Assembly: GCF_001194135.2 (NCBI RefSeq)
Contig: NC_068994.1
Span: 8,671,448 to 8,735,447, forward strand
Origin: Octopus bimaculoides
Taxonomy: Eukaryota
Direction: 5' to 3'
DNA: 64,000 nt
Positions 1 through 13,160 of this stretch are shown here, piece after piece. The notes beneath the pieces were generated by a model, which worked only from the letters and a program-made list of their open reading frames with translations, was not told the origin of the DNA and ran no database searches. Positions within the stretch are counted from its first letter, which is position 1. Each line of letters begins with the position of its first letter. The translations under genes and the position numbers were made by a program.

Positions 1-64
1 TATATAGACATATTTGTATATACCTTGCCTATCACTCTCTCTCTTTCCCTGTCTCTCTTTCTCA

Positions 65-110
<46 letters not shown>

Positions 111-1488
111 ACATACACATACACAGAAACGTGCATGTGTGCATATATGGTTGGAAGTATATACGTAGAAATGGATTTATTTGAACTTTTACAGTAAGCA
201 AAATACAATTCAAGTTTATTGTAGGAAACGAATTGGAAGTCAATGATACTAAAGGAACATTTAAAGAAAGAAAGAAAGAAGAAGAGTGGAAGAAGTATAT
301 CAGCGAAGGAGGTAGTTTATAACGACCGATTTATTTTGAGTGTGGTTGCTGGTAGACACCGTATATATCTAAATATTCAGATCGAACACAGACAATTATA
401 GTGGCTACGTTTAAATCTGAGGCGTTTAACATAAGATTTTTGCGGTGTGTGGTATTAGTTATAGATGTGTGAGTGTATGTAAGTCGAAAATATTAAAAAT
501 TCATTGAAATGGGAAATGATTGGTACTACCAAACCTTATAAAATAGGGGACGAAAGCTGCAATTTTTGCCGGGACGAATTATACCAAATATTTACTTCGT
601 AAAATAAATTAGTTAACAATAGACTAGAAAGAAGTTTAATTGCTTACACAATGTTTTCTTTTTCAAAAATTCAAATAATACAATGCATTAATTAATCGGA
701 ATAAACTTCTTTTCTCTAAACATAGCTTTAATAACTATAATAATAAAGTAACAAATAAAAAATATAAGAACAGAATTCAATTCATAAGATTATATATAAT
801 ATAACAAAAAAAAACACTTTACAGCAATAATAATAATAATAATAATAATAAGTTAGAACAGTAAAATACAACTGTCTATTTCTTTTAATTACCACGTGGT
901 TCTTACTATCTAGTAATTATCCACTACTACTATTAATGAATTTCACAAATACCCAAATAAAATAATCAACTCTGCAATCCGTGAGAAAGTCATGTGACTA
1001 TAAAGTAAAATCAATAAAAAAGACAAACAAAGAATAGTTTTCTATAAATAACCATTCTGCAGTTAGTCAAACTCAAGAAACACTGCTACTGCTGCTGCAG
1101 GATTTTTCGCGAACAATCTGGTGAGGAAAGCATTTCATGGTTTACTATTACTACTAAGCGTAATTCAAACTAATAGCGGAGGAAAATTCCCCTTTGAACA
1201 GTGTCATAATTATGTACCCTGAAGTGAAGAGATCGTACTAATAATGCCTAAATCGTTCCATATAAATATGCAACAGTATGCAGTTAATGCGATCGAAACA
1301 CGTGCCGGATCATTATTATGAATAAAGTAACTGGCAAAATGCAATGACATGCGCACACACACACACACACACACACACGCACATATATAAATATATACAC
1401 ACGCAAATGTAATGACACATGCACACACACTCACAAATGCAGTGACATTTGTATACAAACACGAACACACCTACATACGCACAGACAT

Positions 1489-1527
<39 letters not shown>

Positions 1528-1547
1528 CACACAAATATACAACTACA

Positions 1548-1692
1548 ACGGGCTTCTTTCAGTTTCCGTTTCAGGCATACATTCACATTGATTTAGTTGG
1601 CACGGGGCTGAACTTGAAGACATATGACCAGAGAGCTCTCGCAGTGAGACTGTGCCTAAGACAACATGGTTGAGAAGCAATTTTCCCAAGTG
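1548..1692 (-). mobile_element. Degenerate tRNA-derived SINE remnant, family D (microsatellite-bearing)
   Basis: ACGGGCTTCTTTCAGTTTCCG is the reverse complement of CGGAAACTGAAAGAAGCCCGT in the family D copy at 39285-39305; a degenerate head follows near 1650-1690. Confidence 0.6.
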
Positions 1693-2382
1693 AAAAGCCT
1701 GCGTATGATAGACAGAAAGATATAAGGGACAGATATTAGTCTCATATCATGGCTTCGTGGAAATCTAATGGAATTCGCTTAATGCTATTTTCAACGAGCA
1801 TTGAAAATGGCTATATCTAGCGTTGTAGATATTAGAATAAAATAACTGTACATAATAGACGTTATGTTTGTGCGTGTGTCTATATGTATATATGTGAATA
1901 AACAGATGTTTATTTTTATCTATGGTTGGTGTATATTTTATGTATGTTCACTTTCGTTTTGTGCTGAGTTATTTGTATTGCTTCTACCTGAAACCCCTCA
2001 ATTTATTATCATAGGATGACGTTCTGTAGAATATAATTTCATTATCTTGTATTGTTCTTCTATCTGGTTTCATTATGTAGCTATGTGGTGTGCGTTGAAA
2101 TTGCACCTTATTATAAGTGTCTGCTGAGCTGATAGAAACGTGGTGTAATTTTATAGGATATATTATACAGAATGCTGCAGTGGAAGTTGAGAAGTTTACA
2201 ACTTTCACATTTACTATTGGATTCAGAAATAACATTTGTCATTAATAGATTGTTTTAGGATTTATAAGCTTTTAGTCTGTTATTGAAATACATTGAAATT
2301 CATATACATCTATGGAAGCATTGAAACAACACGTTCACAAGTAGAAAATCTTATCAACAAACACACTATTTAGAAAAGCATG

Positions 2383-2951
2383 TATGGGATCTTTTTTAAA
2401 ACAGGGGCCACATTTTTCATTAACGAAACACTTTGAAACTTGGAACACTGGTAGAATGTGTCATATAAAACCTCTTTTTCTATTAGTCTTCTTAAAAAAA
2501 AAAGAAATCCATAAATTATTCCATGTTAAAGTTGTGTTTCTGCAATTTCAACCAATTACTGACGTCCATTCAGCCGATATACATTAAGTGCCGACTACAT
2601 AAATAAACGATTCTGAAACAATTAACCCTAACCCTAAGGTTAGGGTTAGGGTTAAAGCAAATTTAAAATGAAAAGAGCAAATAAAACGAAGGTATGGAGA
2701 TTAAATACGCTTTACATCGCTTAATCAGCCAAAGGAGTAAATGTAAACAACTGAATACTTGTCAGTGATTGGTTGAAATTATCGAAATAAGACAATTTTT
2801 TACATGAAATAAATTCGAATACAAAAATATTTTTCTGTTCTATAACACAAAATAGATAAGTATACGAAGTTTGAAAGTCTTTCGGTACCAAAAACACTAC
2901 GTAAAACATTAATGAAAAATGTGGCCCCCGTTTTAAAATAGATCCCATGTA
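2383..2951. mobile_element. MITE with ~40-bp terminal inverted repeats (Tc1/mariner-like)
   Basis: Left TGTATGGGATCTTTTTTAAAACAGGGGCCACATTTTTCATTAA matches the reverse complement of the right end, TACATGGGATCTATTTTAAAACGGGGGCCACATTTTTCATTAA. No coding capacity. Confidence 0.75.
2622..2655. repeat. Short inverted telomere-type repeat (CCCTAA)2-(TTAGGG)2 inside the MITE
   Basis: TTAACCCTAACCCTAAGGTTAGGGTTAGGGTTAA read directly. Confidence 0.8.
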
Positions 2952-3002
2952 TGTACCCCTCCACAAACGAAGCACTTTTTTCTTTTATAATTCTTCAGGA
3001 AA

Positions 3003-3185
3003 TACAAAGGAGTACTGAAAAGTTTCTGGCTTTGGGGCCACGAGGGTCGGTTATGATTTTACTCAAGGTATTCCCCTCTCAGATTGACATTTATTGCAGC
3101 GGTTGTTCCGTTTTTCTAAGCCCTGTAAAAGAACACAAAAGGCTGGTCCTTCCGAGTTCCAGGAGCTTTTCAGAAACCCCTCGTA
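3003..3185. mobile_element. Mariner-derived MITE (~180 bp)
   Basis: Left TACAAAGGAGTACTGAAAAGTTTCTGG versus right-end reverse complement TACGAGGGGTTTCTGAAAAGCTCCTGG; TA at both ends. Confidence 0.7.
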
Positions 3186-3944
3186 TAACTGTCACGAACC
3201 AACAGTGGCTATTCTAAAATTCTTATCGGTCAATCAATACATATACTTCACGACAAATAAAAGGTATTGATGATATGAGGTATTACACTTATTAAAAGCA
3301 AAATAAATTCGCTCATAATGTGAAGGTTGTGAACCAAATGCACATTAACTACAAAGAGATAGAAACGCTGCTGAACGATCTACACGTCAAGTACTAAAGA
3401 TATTGCAGTGAGCTCTAAACCAATTATGTGTACTATAACAGTTCTTGTTTATTGCGATCTTTCTCAAAATGGCAATGTGTATGTATGCGTATATGTGATT
3501 ATATGTATTGTAAATGTGCTTGTAAACATGTGTACGTATGTGCATATGAATACGTGTGTGTGTTTGTGTGTGCGTATTATGCAAATAAAATATAATATGA
3601 AACGAGCTAAATCAACAACTAAAACAAACGGAGCGTATTAGGTTTACGCTCAGGAAATAGGAAGAAAAAAAATAGAAGGAAAAGTCTTTTACGTTTCGTG
3701 TAAACATTCTTCTGAAAGACACAAAAGAATAGACAAGGCGAAAATGAAAAAAAGGAAAAAAACAGAAAACTTAGAAAAGAGCGCACGTGTTCAGGCATGT
3801 TGGTAGAGTAGAGAGGGATGGAATGTGAGACAAAATATATATAAGGAAATGAAAGTTAGTAAAGTTGGTGAAGTCATGGCAGATTAGTGTGACAAAGATC
3901 AACAACAGAGAACAGTAAGATCCAAGACTGATCATAAATAAACA

Positions 3945-3979
<35 letters not shown>

Positions 3980-4330
3980 ATGTATCTATGTATATATGTA
4001 TATATTTATATATATTTATATAGTTGAAAGTTAAAGAAAAACAAAAGACGAAGACAGGTGAATGAACAACAAGGAAGTGTATTAGTTTGACGCTCGGGAA
4101 AAATGAAAAAAAGACTTTTACGTTTCGAGTCTACGCTTTTCAACAGAAACCAATAAGAGGAAATAAACAAAGAGAGAATGAAAAAAATCGTGTAGAGTTC
4201 AGCGGTCCAGCATGGCGAATGATTGGGAAAAAAAAGAGGTTGAAAGAAAGGGACAATATTAAAAAAGAGGTTAAATAAAAGGCAGAAAATAATAGTGCTA
4301 GTGATCCCAACAAGAGAAGGTGCACGTGCG

Positions 4331-4690
4331 TGGACTAAACCTTTCATATCCCACCAAACAAATAGCAACACCGTACGTGGGTGAATACCTTCTTTAGCCT
4401 GGCGTGCCGGTGTTTCTCTTTTACCTACCTACAGTCCTCGGTGCTTGGCATTTTTATAAGAGAACCCATTTCTAGTCATCAGTCATTATTCGGTCCAAAA
4501 TAGGTTCATTCGTGAGAGGTGACAGCAAAGAAGAGCATATATTCATACTCTGCGCGCGATTAGACTTGGAAAACATGAGGAACCAAATATACTGACTTTT
4601 CCGATGGGACGAAAGTTTCGATGAATGGTTGAATGACCAAATCCAAGCTTCTTTGCTAGTTCCTCAACTGTTACTGATTATCATATGGGC
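4331..4690 (-). mobile_element. Mariner transposase remnant (pseudogene)
   Basis: Minus-strand translation with frameshifts and stops: TVEELAKKLGFGHSTIHRN...RAQSMNICSSLLSPLTNEPILDRIMTDD*KWVLY...GIHPRTVLLFVWWDMKGLVH. This carries the mariner HTH, the TGDEKW-like motif and the 'HPRKVLLSVWWD' motif. Confidence 0.9.
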
Positions 4691-4929
4691 GTTAAACTCG
4701 AATCTATCTCAAAGCCATCATTAGGTTTTTGTCTTAAAATAGCTATAAAATCTACAACAGATATTGAGCACGCCTTTCTCATTCGTCTTAAATTAACGTA
4801 TATATGCATTTGTGGTGTGTGTGTGTGTCTGTGCTTGAGTGTGTGACTTTGTATGTACGCACCATACAAACAAAGACTTATACATACACATACCCAAAAG
4901 AGAGAATTGTCGTCATCGGTGTCTTACAG

Positions 4930-5070
4930 TTTGGAGTTTCTTTAGCAACGAAGAACAGAAACTCGAGGAAATAAATGTGCCGTCGGAAAGCAGCATCTAC
5001 ATCAAAGACGTAAAGAACTTCGCTTCCGTGTGTTCTGCACCTGTTCGTATGTATTCAAATCCAAATACAG
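4930..5070 (+). CDS. Candidate internal exon (141 nt, phase 1-1), product unknown
   Basis: Acceptor gtcttacag| and donor CAG|gtatgc; open frame VWSFFSNEEQKLEEINVPSESSIYIKDVKNFASVCSAPVRMYSNPNT; non-repetitive island between microsatellites. No family recognised. Confidence 0.3.
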
Positions 5071-5124
5071 GTATGCATACACACTTACATACACACACGC
5101 GCACACACATATATACAGATATAC

Positions 5125-5273
5125 GTGTGCCTGTGTGCTTATTTCAATATATGTGTGTGTGTGTGTGTGTGTTTATATATATCTATACATATGTTTATGT
5201 ATATATATGTATATATATATATATATGTACACACACATATATATGCACACATACACACAGACAAACACACACA

Positions 5274-5366
<93 letters not shown>

Positions 5367-5395
5367 GTGTATGCATATATGTAAATGTATATGAA
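5125..5395. repeat. Compound (TA)n/(CA)n/(TG)n microsatellite
   Basis: About 40 uninterrupted TG units at 5277-5360, flanked by TA and CA runs. Confidence 0.95.
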
Positions 5396-5699
5396 CCATT
5401 TTCCCTTAGACTATGTTTCTGTTTACAGACTGGCATTCTGAAAATGCCATTGAATATTTAATTTTTTCCCACACAAAAAGACAAAAAACAAACGTGTAAT
5501 ATGTCTACACATAATCAATTCATGTCGACATGCAATGAAGATATGAAAATCCTAACTGCAAAAATCGATATTTAATCTGAATTTGTTAATATTCATTATC
5601 ATTTATCTCTAAGAAATACATTCATTATGAGTCTGGTATACACCATTTCATCACAGATAATTCATTCTATTGAAATCCTACAGCTGTACATTGGTTGGT

Positions 5700-5960
5700 C
5701 GGTCTCTATTCACATGAGTATTTGACGTTCTGTCTTCTCCGTCTAAGCTACATGAAGCCCTACCCAACTATTTAAGAGCTCTTCTTTTGTCTCGCTGGAC
5801 CTCTGTAATCTTTATACGTTTCGCGTTTTATCCCGTCTACGAAAGCTATTCATAACCCTTTTCCTGTTATATTATTCCCTTATTACTTCTCATGTACACA
5901 AATTTTCTCTTATTCTTACTATTAGACTACTGTATTTCTTCGTTTCCTTCAGGGCTCTTC
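5700..5960 (-). mobile_element. Possible highly decayed CR1/L2-type LINE ORF2 3' remnant
   Basis: Minus strand gives a frameshifted 'LK*LG..SLERRR'-like segment typical of CR1/L2 RT C-termini. Weak. Confidence 0.25.
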
Positions 5961-6217
5961 ATTCTCTCCGATCTCAGTGTAATGATACAAGGCGTATGCA
6001 CATGTTGAGCGCAAGGATATTTAATTGTTACCTAATCTCTTCTCTCTGTTTCTGCGTGTCCTATACATACGTAGGTTACAAACGTGCAGTCATCTATCTA
6101 TCTATCTATCCATCCATCTAGCTATCTGTCTGTCTCTCTGTATATATATATATATTCATTCACCAATACATACACACACACACATACCTATATGTATATA
6201 TATGTGTGTGTATATAC

Positions 6218-6261
<44 letters not shown>

Positions 6262-6515
6262 NNNNNNNNNNNNNNNNNNNNNNNNNNNNNNNNNNNNNNN
6301 NNNNNNNNNNNNNNNNNNNNNNNNNNNNNNNNNNNNNNNNNNNNNNNNNNNNNNNNNNNNNNNNNNNNNNNNNNNNNNNNNNNNNNNNNNNNNNNNNNNN
6401 NNNNNNNNNNNNNNNNNNNNNNNNNNNNNNNNNNNNNNNNNNNNNNNNNNNNNNNNNNNNNNNNNNNNNNNNNNNNNNNNNNNNNNNNNNNNNNNNNNNN
6501 NNNNNNNNNNNNNNN

Positions 6516-6550
<35 letters not shown>

Positions 6551-6632
6551 TTACAGAGAGTACTGACTAGCACCGCTTTTGCTAAAAAAAATAGTTAAAA
6601 CAACTCAAAATTCACAAAACCACTATGATAAC

Positions 6633-7035
6633 GACTGACATTACGGAGGTAAATCCCTACCTTACGTAGTCGGATCGCAATTTTGAATTTTGAGGTAGAC
6701 CGTCTTAATCCCCACCAGCGACTCCTAACGCCTTGGGTTAAACTCAACTTGCTCTGTCAGTCTTATAAGAAAAACAGTTGGAAATAGGTCCTGATTTTCA
6801 AGCGGTAAAAGTGCAAACGACAAATTAAAAAGGGTGGCTTAGTAGCAATTAGAGCCTAAAGGCAAAACTAATAGAGGTCAGACATGTTTTCCAGGGTCTT
6901 AATAATAAGACTGACAGGAAGTTGAGTTTAACTTTAGGGGTTAAAAGTCACTGATGAGGATTAATATGGCCTACATCAAAATCCGAAATCGCGATTCGAA
7001 TATGTACGTTGGGACCTTACCTCCCTTTGTCAGAC
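6633..7035. mobile_element. Foldback/MITE-like element with ~150-bp inverted arms and ~100-bp spacer
   Basis: TTAAACTCAACTTGCTCTGTCAGTCTTAT (~6738-6766) pairs with ATAAGACTGACAGGAAGTTGAGTTTAA (~6905-6931). TCGCAATTTTGAATTTTGAGGTAGACC matches the reverse complement of GGCCTACATCAAAATCCGAAATCGCGA. Outer arms carry CTGACA...GGAGGTAA on both sides. Confidence 0.8.
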
Positions 7036-7831
7036 AGTAAGACGGCTTTTGTGGCTTTTGTGAAGATGTAAATATTTAAAATGTTCGAAAGGAAGCGAAG
7101 ACTTGGCGGACTTCATTCGTGGCAGACGATCTGAAAAGAGGATTCTCTGAAGAAGTCAAGTAATATTCTAAATGCATAATTCTCAGCATATATATACACA
7201 TATATACACGTGCATATATATTTGCATTAAGCTACCGATTAAACTTAGATATATACACGATCATAAATTAGAACAAACCGAAACACACACACACACACAC
7301 ACGCATTCGCGTAAACACATACATACATATATACATACACACACACATACTCTTACAAACATACTCAAACATATACATACATACATACTGCAAGACGGTC
7401 TGACCACGTACAATCTTACAAATGCGTACATACACACACGCCCGCACGTAAATGAATACTGTGTTTAGTTAAACAGCTATAAGCACTTTATGGGGAAAAA
7501 AATGTGACATTGAAACATTTTCGAAACGCACCACGAATCACATCTGCAGACAAGACTTTAGAGCATGCTGCGTGTAGCTAATCAGAACAGTGTGTGTTTA
7601 TGTGCCTATATTTATACATAGATGCATCGGTAGATATATGCATACATACATGCATACCTACATACACATATACGTATATGCATGAGCACATACATATATA
7701 TGTATATATATACATATATATATATATATATNNNNNNNNNNNNNNNNNNNNNNNNNNNNNNNNNNNNNNNNNNNNNNNNNNNNNNNNNNNNNNNNNNNNN
7801 NNNNNNNNNNNNNNNNNNNNNNNNNNNNNNN

Positions 7832-7871
<40 letters not shown>

Positions 7872-8299
7872 TATATGAGCATGAGTTTATATAATGAAAG
7901 CTATTCATTAAGAAGCAACCTGAAAATAGTTTTGTATGATTTCTGTTGTATTTTTTTTTCCGTAACTACAAATGATGTCAAAAAACAAAAGAATAAATTA
8001 ATAGTAAGATAGGAGCACAACGGATAGGATGTGGGTTGTTATACAATAGATCTTTGAGTAGAATAGAAAATAGAGAGAGAAAGTGAAATAGAGAGGGAGA
8101 AAGAAAGAGAGATAGGGAGAGATAGAGAGAGAGGTGGGAAGAGGGAGAGTAGGATTGAAAGAATACATGAATGAGAACAGGATGTGTGTCTCATTCTTAA
8201 CTGAAGCACATGAACTTTAACAGAAAATTCTGTAAAGGAAGGAAATAAAAATAAACGAAAGAAATAAAATAAAATAATAGAGAATGACGTCGATAGGAA

Positions 8300-8560
8300 G
8301 AAGGCTTGTGGATTCAGTAATTAATATCAGTTGTCGTGGTTTCTTTCTTAATGAATAATAATCGTTCGATTCTACTATTCTTCTCTGTAGTTTGTCGAGC
8401 TTGCATGAAAAGATGTTGCAATAACTCATTATGGGATGGTTTCTGTGTTGAAACGTTTTTAAGTATTGGTGTGTTGTGTAGATGACAAGAAATTTATAGG
8501 GAGTTTTCTCATTTAAAATGAATCTCTTTCTGTCGTCATTGATAAATGTCAGATCGATAT
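8300..8560 (-). mobile_element. Possible decayed CR1/Jockey-type LINE RT C-terminal remnant
   Basis: ORF-track peptide HPIMSYCNIFSCKLDKLQRRIV resembles the 'RP.MEYC..IW...LD.VQ.R.V' motif of these RTs. Confidence 0.3.
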
Positions 8561-8826
8561 GGATCATAAAATTATCGAGCAAGATCAGTTGAATCGAAAC
8601 TTGTTCGAATTTATAAGAAGATTACAGGAATTAACAATCTCAAGAGGTTAAGACTTAACTTTCAAACATAATGGAAACACAGATAAAGGCCATGGTCCTA
8701 AATGTTAGATCTTTTTCTGCTCACAGGAACATAACTTTTACGCATATATCTATAAAACAGAAACCTATGTGTATATGTAAATATATGTATGTGCATGTAT
8801 ATATATGCTTGTGTGTGTCTTTATGT

Positions 8827-8873
<47 letters not shown>

Positions 8874-8915
8874 AATATATGAATATATACACTAACATAT
8901 ATACACACATCTAAT

Positions 8916-8960
<45 letters not shown>

Positions 8961-8963
<3 letters not shown>

Positions 8964-9045
8964 AGCAGGGGCGTGACTCTCTGGTAAGAAGGTTGCTTCC
9001 CAACCACCTGGTTCCAGGTTCTGTCGCACTGCGTTGTACCTTGCA
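8961..9045 (+). mobile_element. SINE family D head (tRNA-like, 3'-truncated)
   Basis: GGAGCAGGGGCGTGACTCTCTGGTAAGAAGGTTGCTTCCCAACCACCTGGTTCCAGGTTC with degenerate A and B boxes; same head at 13440-13535, 17690, 20289 and 63953. Confidence 0.7.
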
Positions 9046-9077
9046 ATATTATTATTATTTCATTATTATTATCAATT

Positions 9078-9427
9078 AAGTGGCGAGCTTGGCAGAATTC
9101 GTTAGCACCCTGGACGAAATGTTTAGCGGTATTTCGCTCGTCGCTAAGTTCTGAGTTCAAATTCTGCCGAGGCCGTCTTTGGCCTTCATCCTTTCGGGGT
9201 CGATACGATCAACATAATCCCTTACAAAGGATTATTATTATTAATAATGAAGCGGGCTGGCAGAATCGTTAGCACGCTGGACGAAATGCTTAGCCGTATT
9301 TCACCGATCGCTACGTTCTGAGTTCAAATTCCTCTGAGGTCGACTTTGCCTTTCATCCTTTCGCAGTCGATAAATTGAGTTCCAGTTGCACACTGGAATT
9401 TCAGGCCTTGTTCCTAGAGTAGAAACG

Positions 9428-9463
<36 letters not shown>

Positions 9464-9840
9464 AATAATAAAATTATAATAATGTGGTGAGCTTGTTAAA
9501 TCGTTAGCACGATCGTTTCGGAGTGGATAGATTAAGTACCAGTGAAACACTGGCGTCGATAGAATCGAGTATACCCCTCCCAGTAAATTTCCTTGTGTCT
9601 ATCGTAGAAAAGACTACTACTACTACTACCATTAAGGCGTTGAGCTGGCAGAATCGTTAGCACGCCGGGCGAAGTACTTAGCGGTATTTTGTCTGTCTTT
9701 ACGTTCTGAGGTCAAATTCTGCCGAGGGCAAATTTGCCTTTCATCATTTCGGGTTCGATAAAATCAATTCTAGTTGAGTACTGGCATCGACGTAATCGAC
9801 TATCACCCTCCCTAAATTTCAACTCTTGTCCCTAAAGCAG
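9078..9840 (+). mobile_element. Four head-to-tail family A SINE copies (~9078-9215, 9250-9429, 9483-9612, 9634-9840) separated by (ATT)n/(CTA)n tails
   Basis: Repeated head GGCGAGCTGGCAGAATCGTTAGCACG, B box CTGAGTTCAAATTC, body GCCTTTCATCCTTTCGGGGTCGATA, tail GGCCTTGT.CCTAGAGTAGAAA. Confidence 0.9.
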
Positions 9841-10937
9841 ACATGATTATTTCCATTATATTAGTATTTCTTTTCTTTCTCTTACGGTTTATGAGAACCA
9901 TATTTCTTCAAACGTAAAGAGGATATATAAAACAACGCAGTCCTACCTATCCCTACAAACACGGTGTGGTCGTCACGTTTGGAATGAATATGGAGATGCG
10001 TCAGCTCAATCAGGTTTGACCTGCACCTAACCACGAGCAACAATGCCAACAACACTAAAGCAACATGAGAAACTTACACATATTACTCATATATATATCT
10101 CAGCGGCTACAGAGAAAACAAATCAAATGAAACGAAATTATTTACGAAAAATGGACTGTTGACCTTTTTATCTCTGGTAGCATGACTTGCTCTTCCGTCC
10201 CTTTTCGATCGACTGCAGACTTGAAAAATTCCTGACAATAATTTCTTCAATAAATATTTTACTAAGTGAGAGTGAATGTCAACTCATTTTAAATGATTCG
10301 ACAGCAGTTCCCATCATTGTTACATTAACTGATTTACAACACACGATTGCTTGACTCTGTGGTTGTTGATTTGTTGAGCTACGTCTAGCAATGAGATGAT
10401 TGGTTTACGTTTAGGTTGCTTAGTAAGATTGATTCATTGTTTTCACAAAAAAAAAAAGGGAATAATTTCTGCTTAATGATATTCTGTAAGCTAGAAGTAT
10501 TGCTGCTGAATAAATGATTAAATATTTGTAGGATTGCTAGAGTACTTTATATGCAGACTAATGCAAAACTATGCAACTATACGCAAACATGTTATTTTCT
10601 CTCTCTCTCTTCCAGGATTTTTCGCTATTTATTGTTCTTGTATAACCCGAGCCTGCCTTGATCAACCATTTCTTATGGTTCACACTCATCCACATTTTAA
10701 GAGAATCTAGAATCAGCAGATCTAATGTGTCTTTTCTAAGACAGCAGTATATGTAGTGATTCCGCTGGTATTGTAAAAATAAAATAAAATAAAATAGCAA
10801 TATGGCCTCAAAAAACGCTTGCTTCGTCATAATATTGATATATATTCCTGGTTGAAATGAAAATAGCAAACATTTCATATTGTCGAAACCCGATTTGACA
10901 TTCTAATTATTATTTTTCTTTAATATTAACATATTCT

Positions 10938-11550
10938 AAGGTGGCAGAGGGCAGAATCGTTAATGCATCACAAAAAATGGTTACCAGGATTTCAAAGGCG
11001 GCGAACTGGCAGAAACGTTAGAACGATGGGCGAAATGCTTAGCAGTATTTCGTTCTGAGTTCAAATTCCGCCGAGGTCGACTTTACCTTTCATCCTTTCT
11101 GGGTCGATAAATTAAGTACTAGTTACGCACTGGGGTCGATGTAATCGACTTAATCCCTTTGTCTGTCCTTGTTTGTCGCCTCTATGTTTAGCCCCTTGTG
11201 GGCAACAAAGAAATAAGAATTTCATTCGTTCTTACGTTCTGAGTTCAAATTCCGCCGAGGTTAACTTTACCATTTTCGGAGTTGAAAAATAAGCACCGTT
11301 TGAGCACTGAGGTCTATGTCATCAACTTATACCCCACCTAAAATTGGTGTCCTTATGCCACAATCTCACATATTGCAAAGTGGCAAGCTAGCAGAATCGG
11401 TTCCTCGCAGGGAAAATGCTGAGCAGTCTTACGACATTCTTTATGTTCTGAGTTCAAATACCACCGAGGGCATCTTGATTTTAAGTACCTGCTGATCATT
11501 GGAATTGGTGTAATCAATTTGCTCCCTCCCACGAAATTACACGGTTTATT
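10938..11550 (+). mobile_element. Nested family A SINE cluster (younger copy 10994-11217 inside an older copy, plus a third copy ~11377-11550)
   Basis: An old head at 10938 is interrupted after GGATTTC by a near-consensus copy ending TGGGCAACAAAGAAATAAGAA; the old body resumes at TTTCATTCGTTCTTACGTTCTGAGTTC. Confidence 0.85.
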
Positions 11551-12081
11551 GCAAAGATAAAAAGCAATAACAATATTTACATATTGTGAGGTGAGTAGGT
11601 ATGATATTACAAAAGTTTTAGTTTACGAAATCCACACAATTAAACCAGTAACGTTTGAAACTCAGAACATAAAGAAATATCATATTCTACCGATTCCACT
11701 TCCTACATATTTACATTCGAGACGGTGCATTGTATTGAAATGCCATAACACTGGCCATAATTGAATTGAAAAGTAATGAAAAGTAAATTTATATGAAACT
11801 AAATAAAAGCACAACTAAAAGAGGTAGGAGCATTAAAAAAATCTGTTATATGTTTATGTGTGTGTAAGTATGTATATGAATATGTCAGTGTGTGTGTGTG
11901 TGTGTCAATGCATATATGCGTGTGCGAGCGTATGTGTATACGTATGCATGTATGTATATATATATAAATCTATAATTATTAATATATGATAAACGTTTAT
12001 ATTTGTATATATACATACATGTATGTATACACACATATATATATATATATTTATCTATGCATATATATAAGCATATATATA

Positions 12082-12117
<36 letters not shown>

Positions 12118-12465
12118 CACGCATTATCCAAGTTACGTAATGATCGAAGTACATAAAAGGAAAATATATTTCCGAAAGAAATCAATAAATATAAATTATA
12201 TACNNNNNNNNNNNNNNNNNNNNNNNNNNNNNNNNNNNNNNNNNNNNNNNNNNNNNNNNNNNNNNNNNNNNNNNNNNNNNNNNNNNNNNNNNNNNNNNNN
12301 NNNNNNNNNNNNNNNNNNNNNNNNNNNNNNNNNNNNNNNNNNNNNNNNNNNNNNNNNNNNNNNNNNNNNNNNNNNNNNNNNNNNNNNNNNNNNNNNNNNN
12401 NNTATATAAATATATATATATATATATATAATATTACATACATATATCTATACATACACAGGCTC

Positions 12466-12504
<39 letters not shown>

Positions 12505-13110
12505 GCTTGAATGTATTGACTTAAAAAATAACTCAGTGAGTCTTAGAAATTATAGAGCCTGTCATGGGAGGAAATTTACAAAATATCATTAAAATGAATG
12601 CTGCAAAAATGTATAATATTGTATAACATATAAATTACGAAAGAATATAAGAAATTTAATATAAAGCAAACAAGCAAACTAACGACGTCAAAAATAAAAT
12701 GAATCCGATTTATTTCATAGAAAATTACTGAAGATATATTTATAAATCTTCGCTTTTCAGCAAGGGAAAACGAAAAGGACCACTCTATACATATATCTAA
12801 ATATATAATATCATATTATATAATACATATTTATTCTTATATTATAAAACAAAGCATCGTCTTCGGAAAAAATAGAGACCATTATACAATTCAAGGAAAT
12901 AAGTTTTTACATTATAAATAAAGATAAGATTTTTTTTATTGTTCTCTAAAAGTACATATACATACCTCCATAAATATATACATGCATACACACACACACA
13001 TATACACACACACATACGCACACACATATATATATTCGTGCCGACATACATACACATATACATGCATATACACAGCCCTGTATAGACACTATACAAATGT
13101 AGATATATAC

Positions 13111-13160
<50 letters not shown>

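Noticed and set aside
3660-4200. Short similarity between ~3680-3730 and ~4110-4160 (AAAAG.CTTTTACGTTTCG)
   Set aside because: Too short and low-complexity to define an element; probably an old local duplication.
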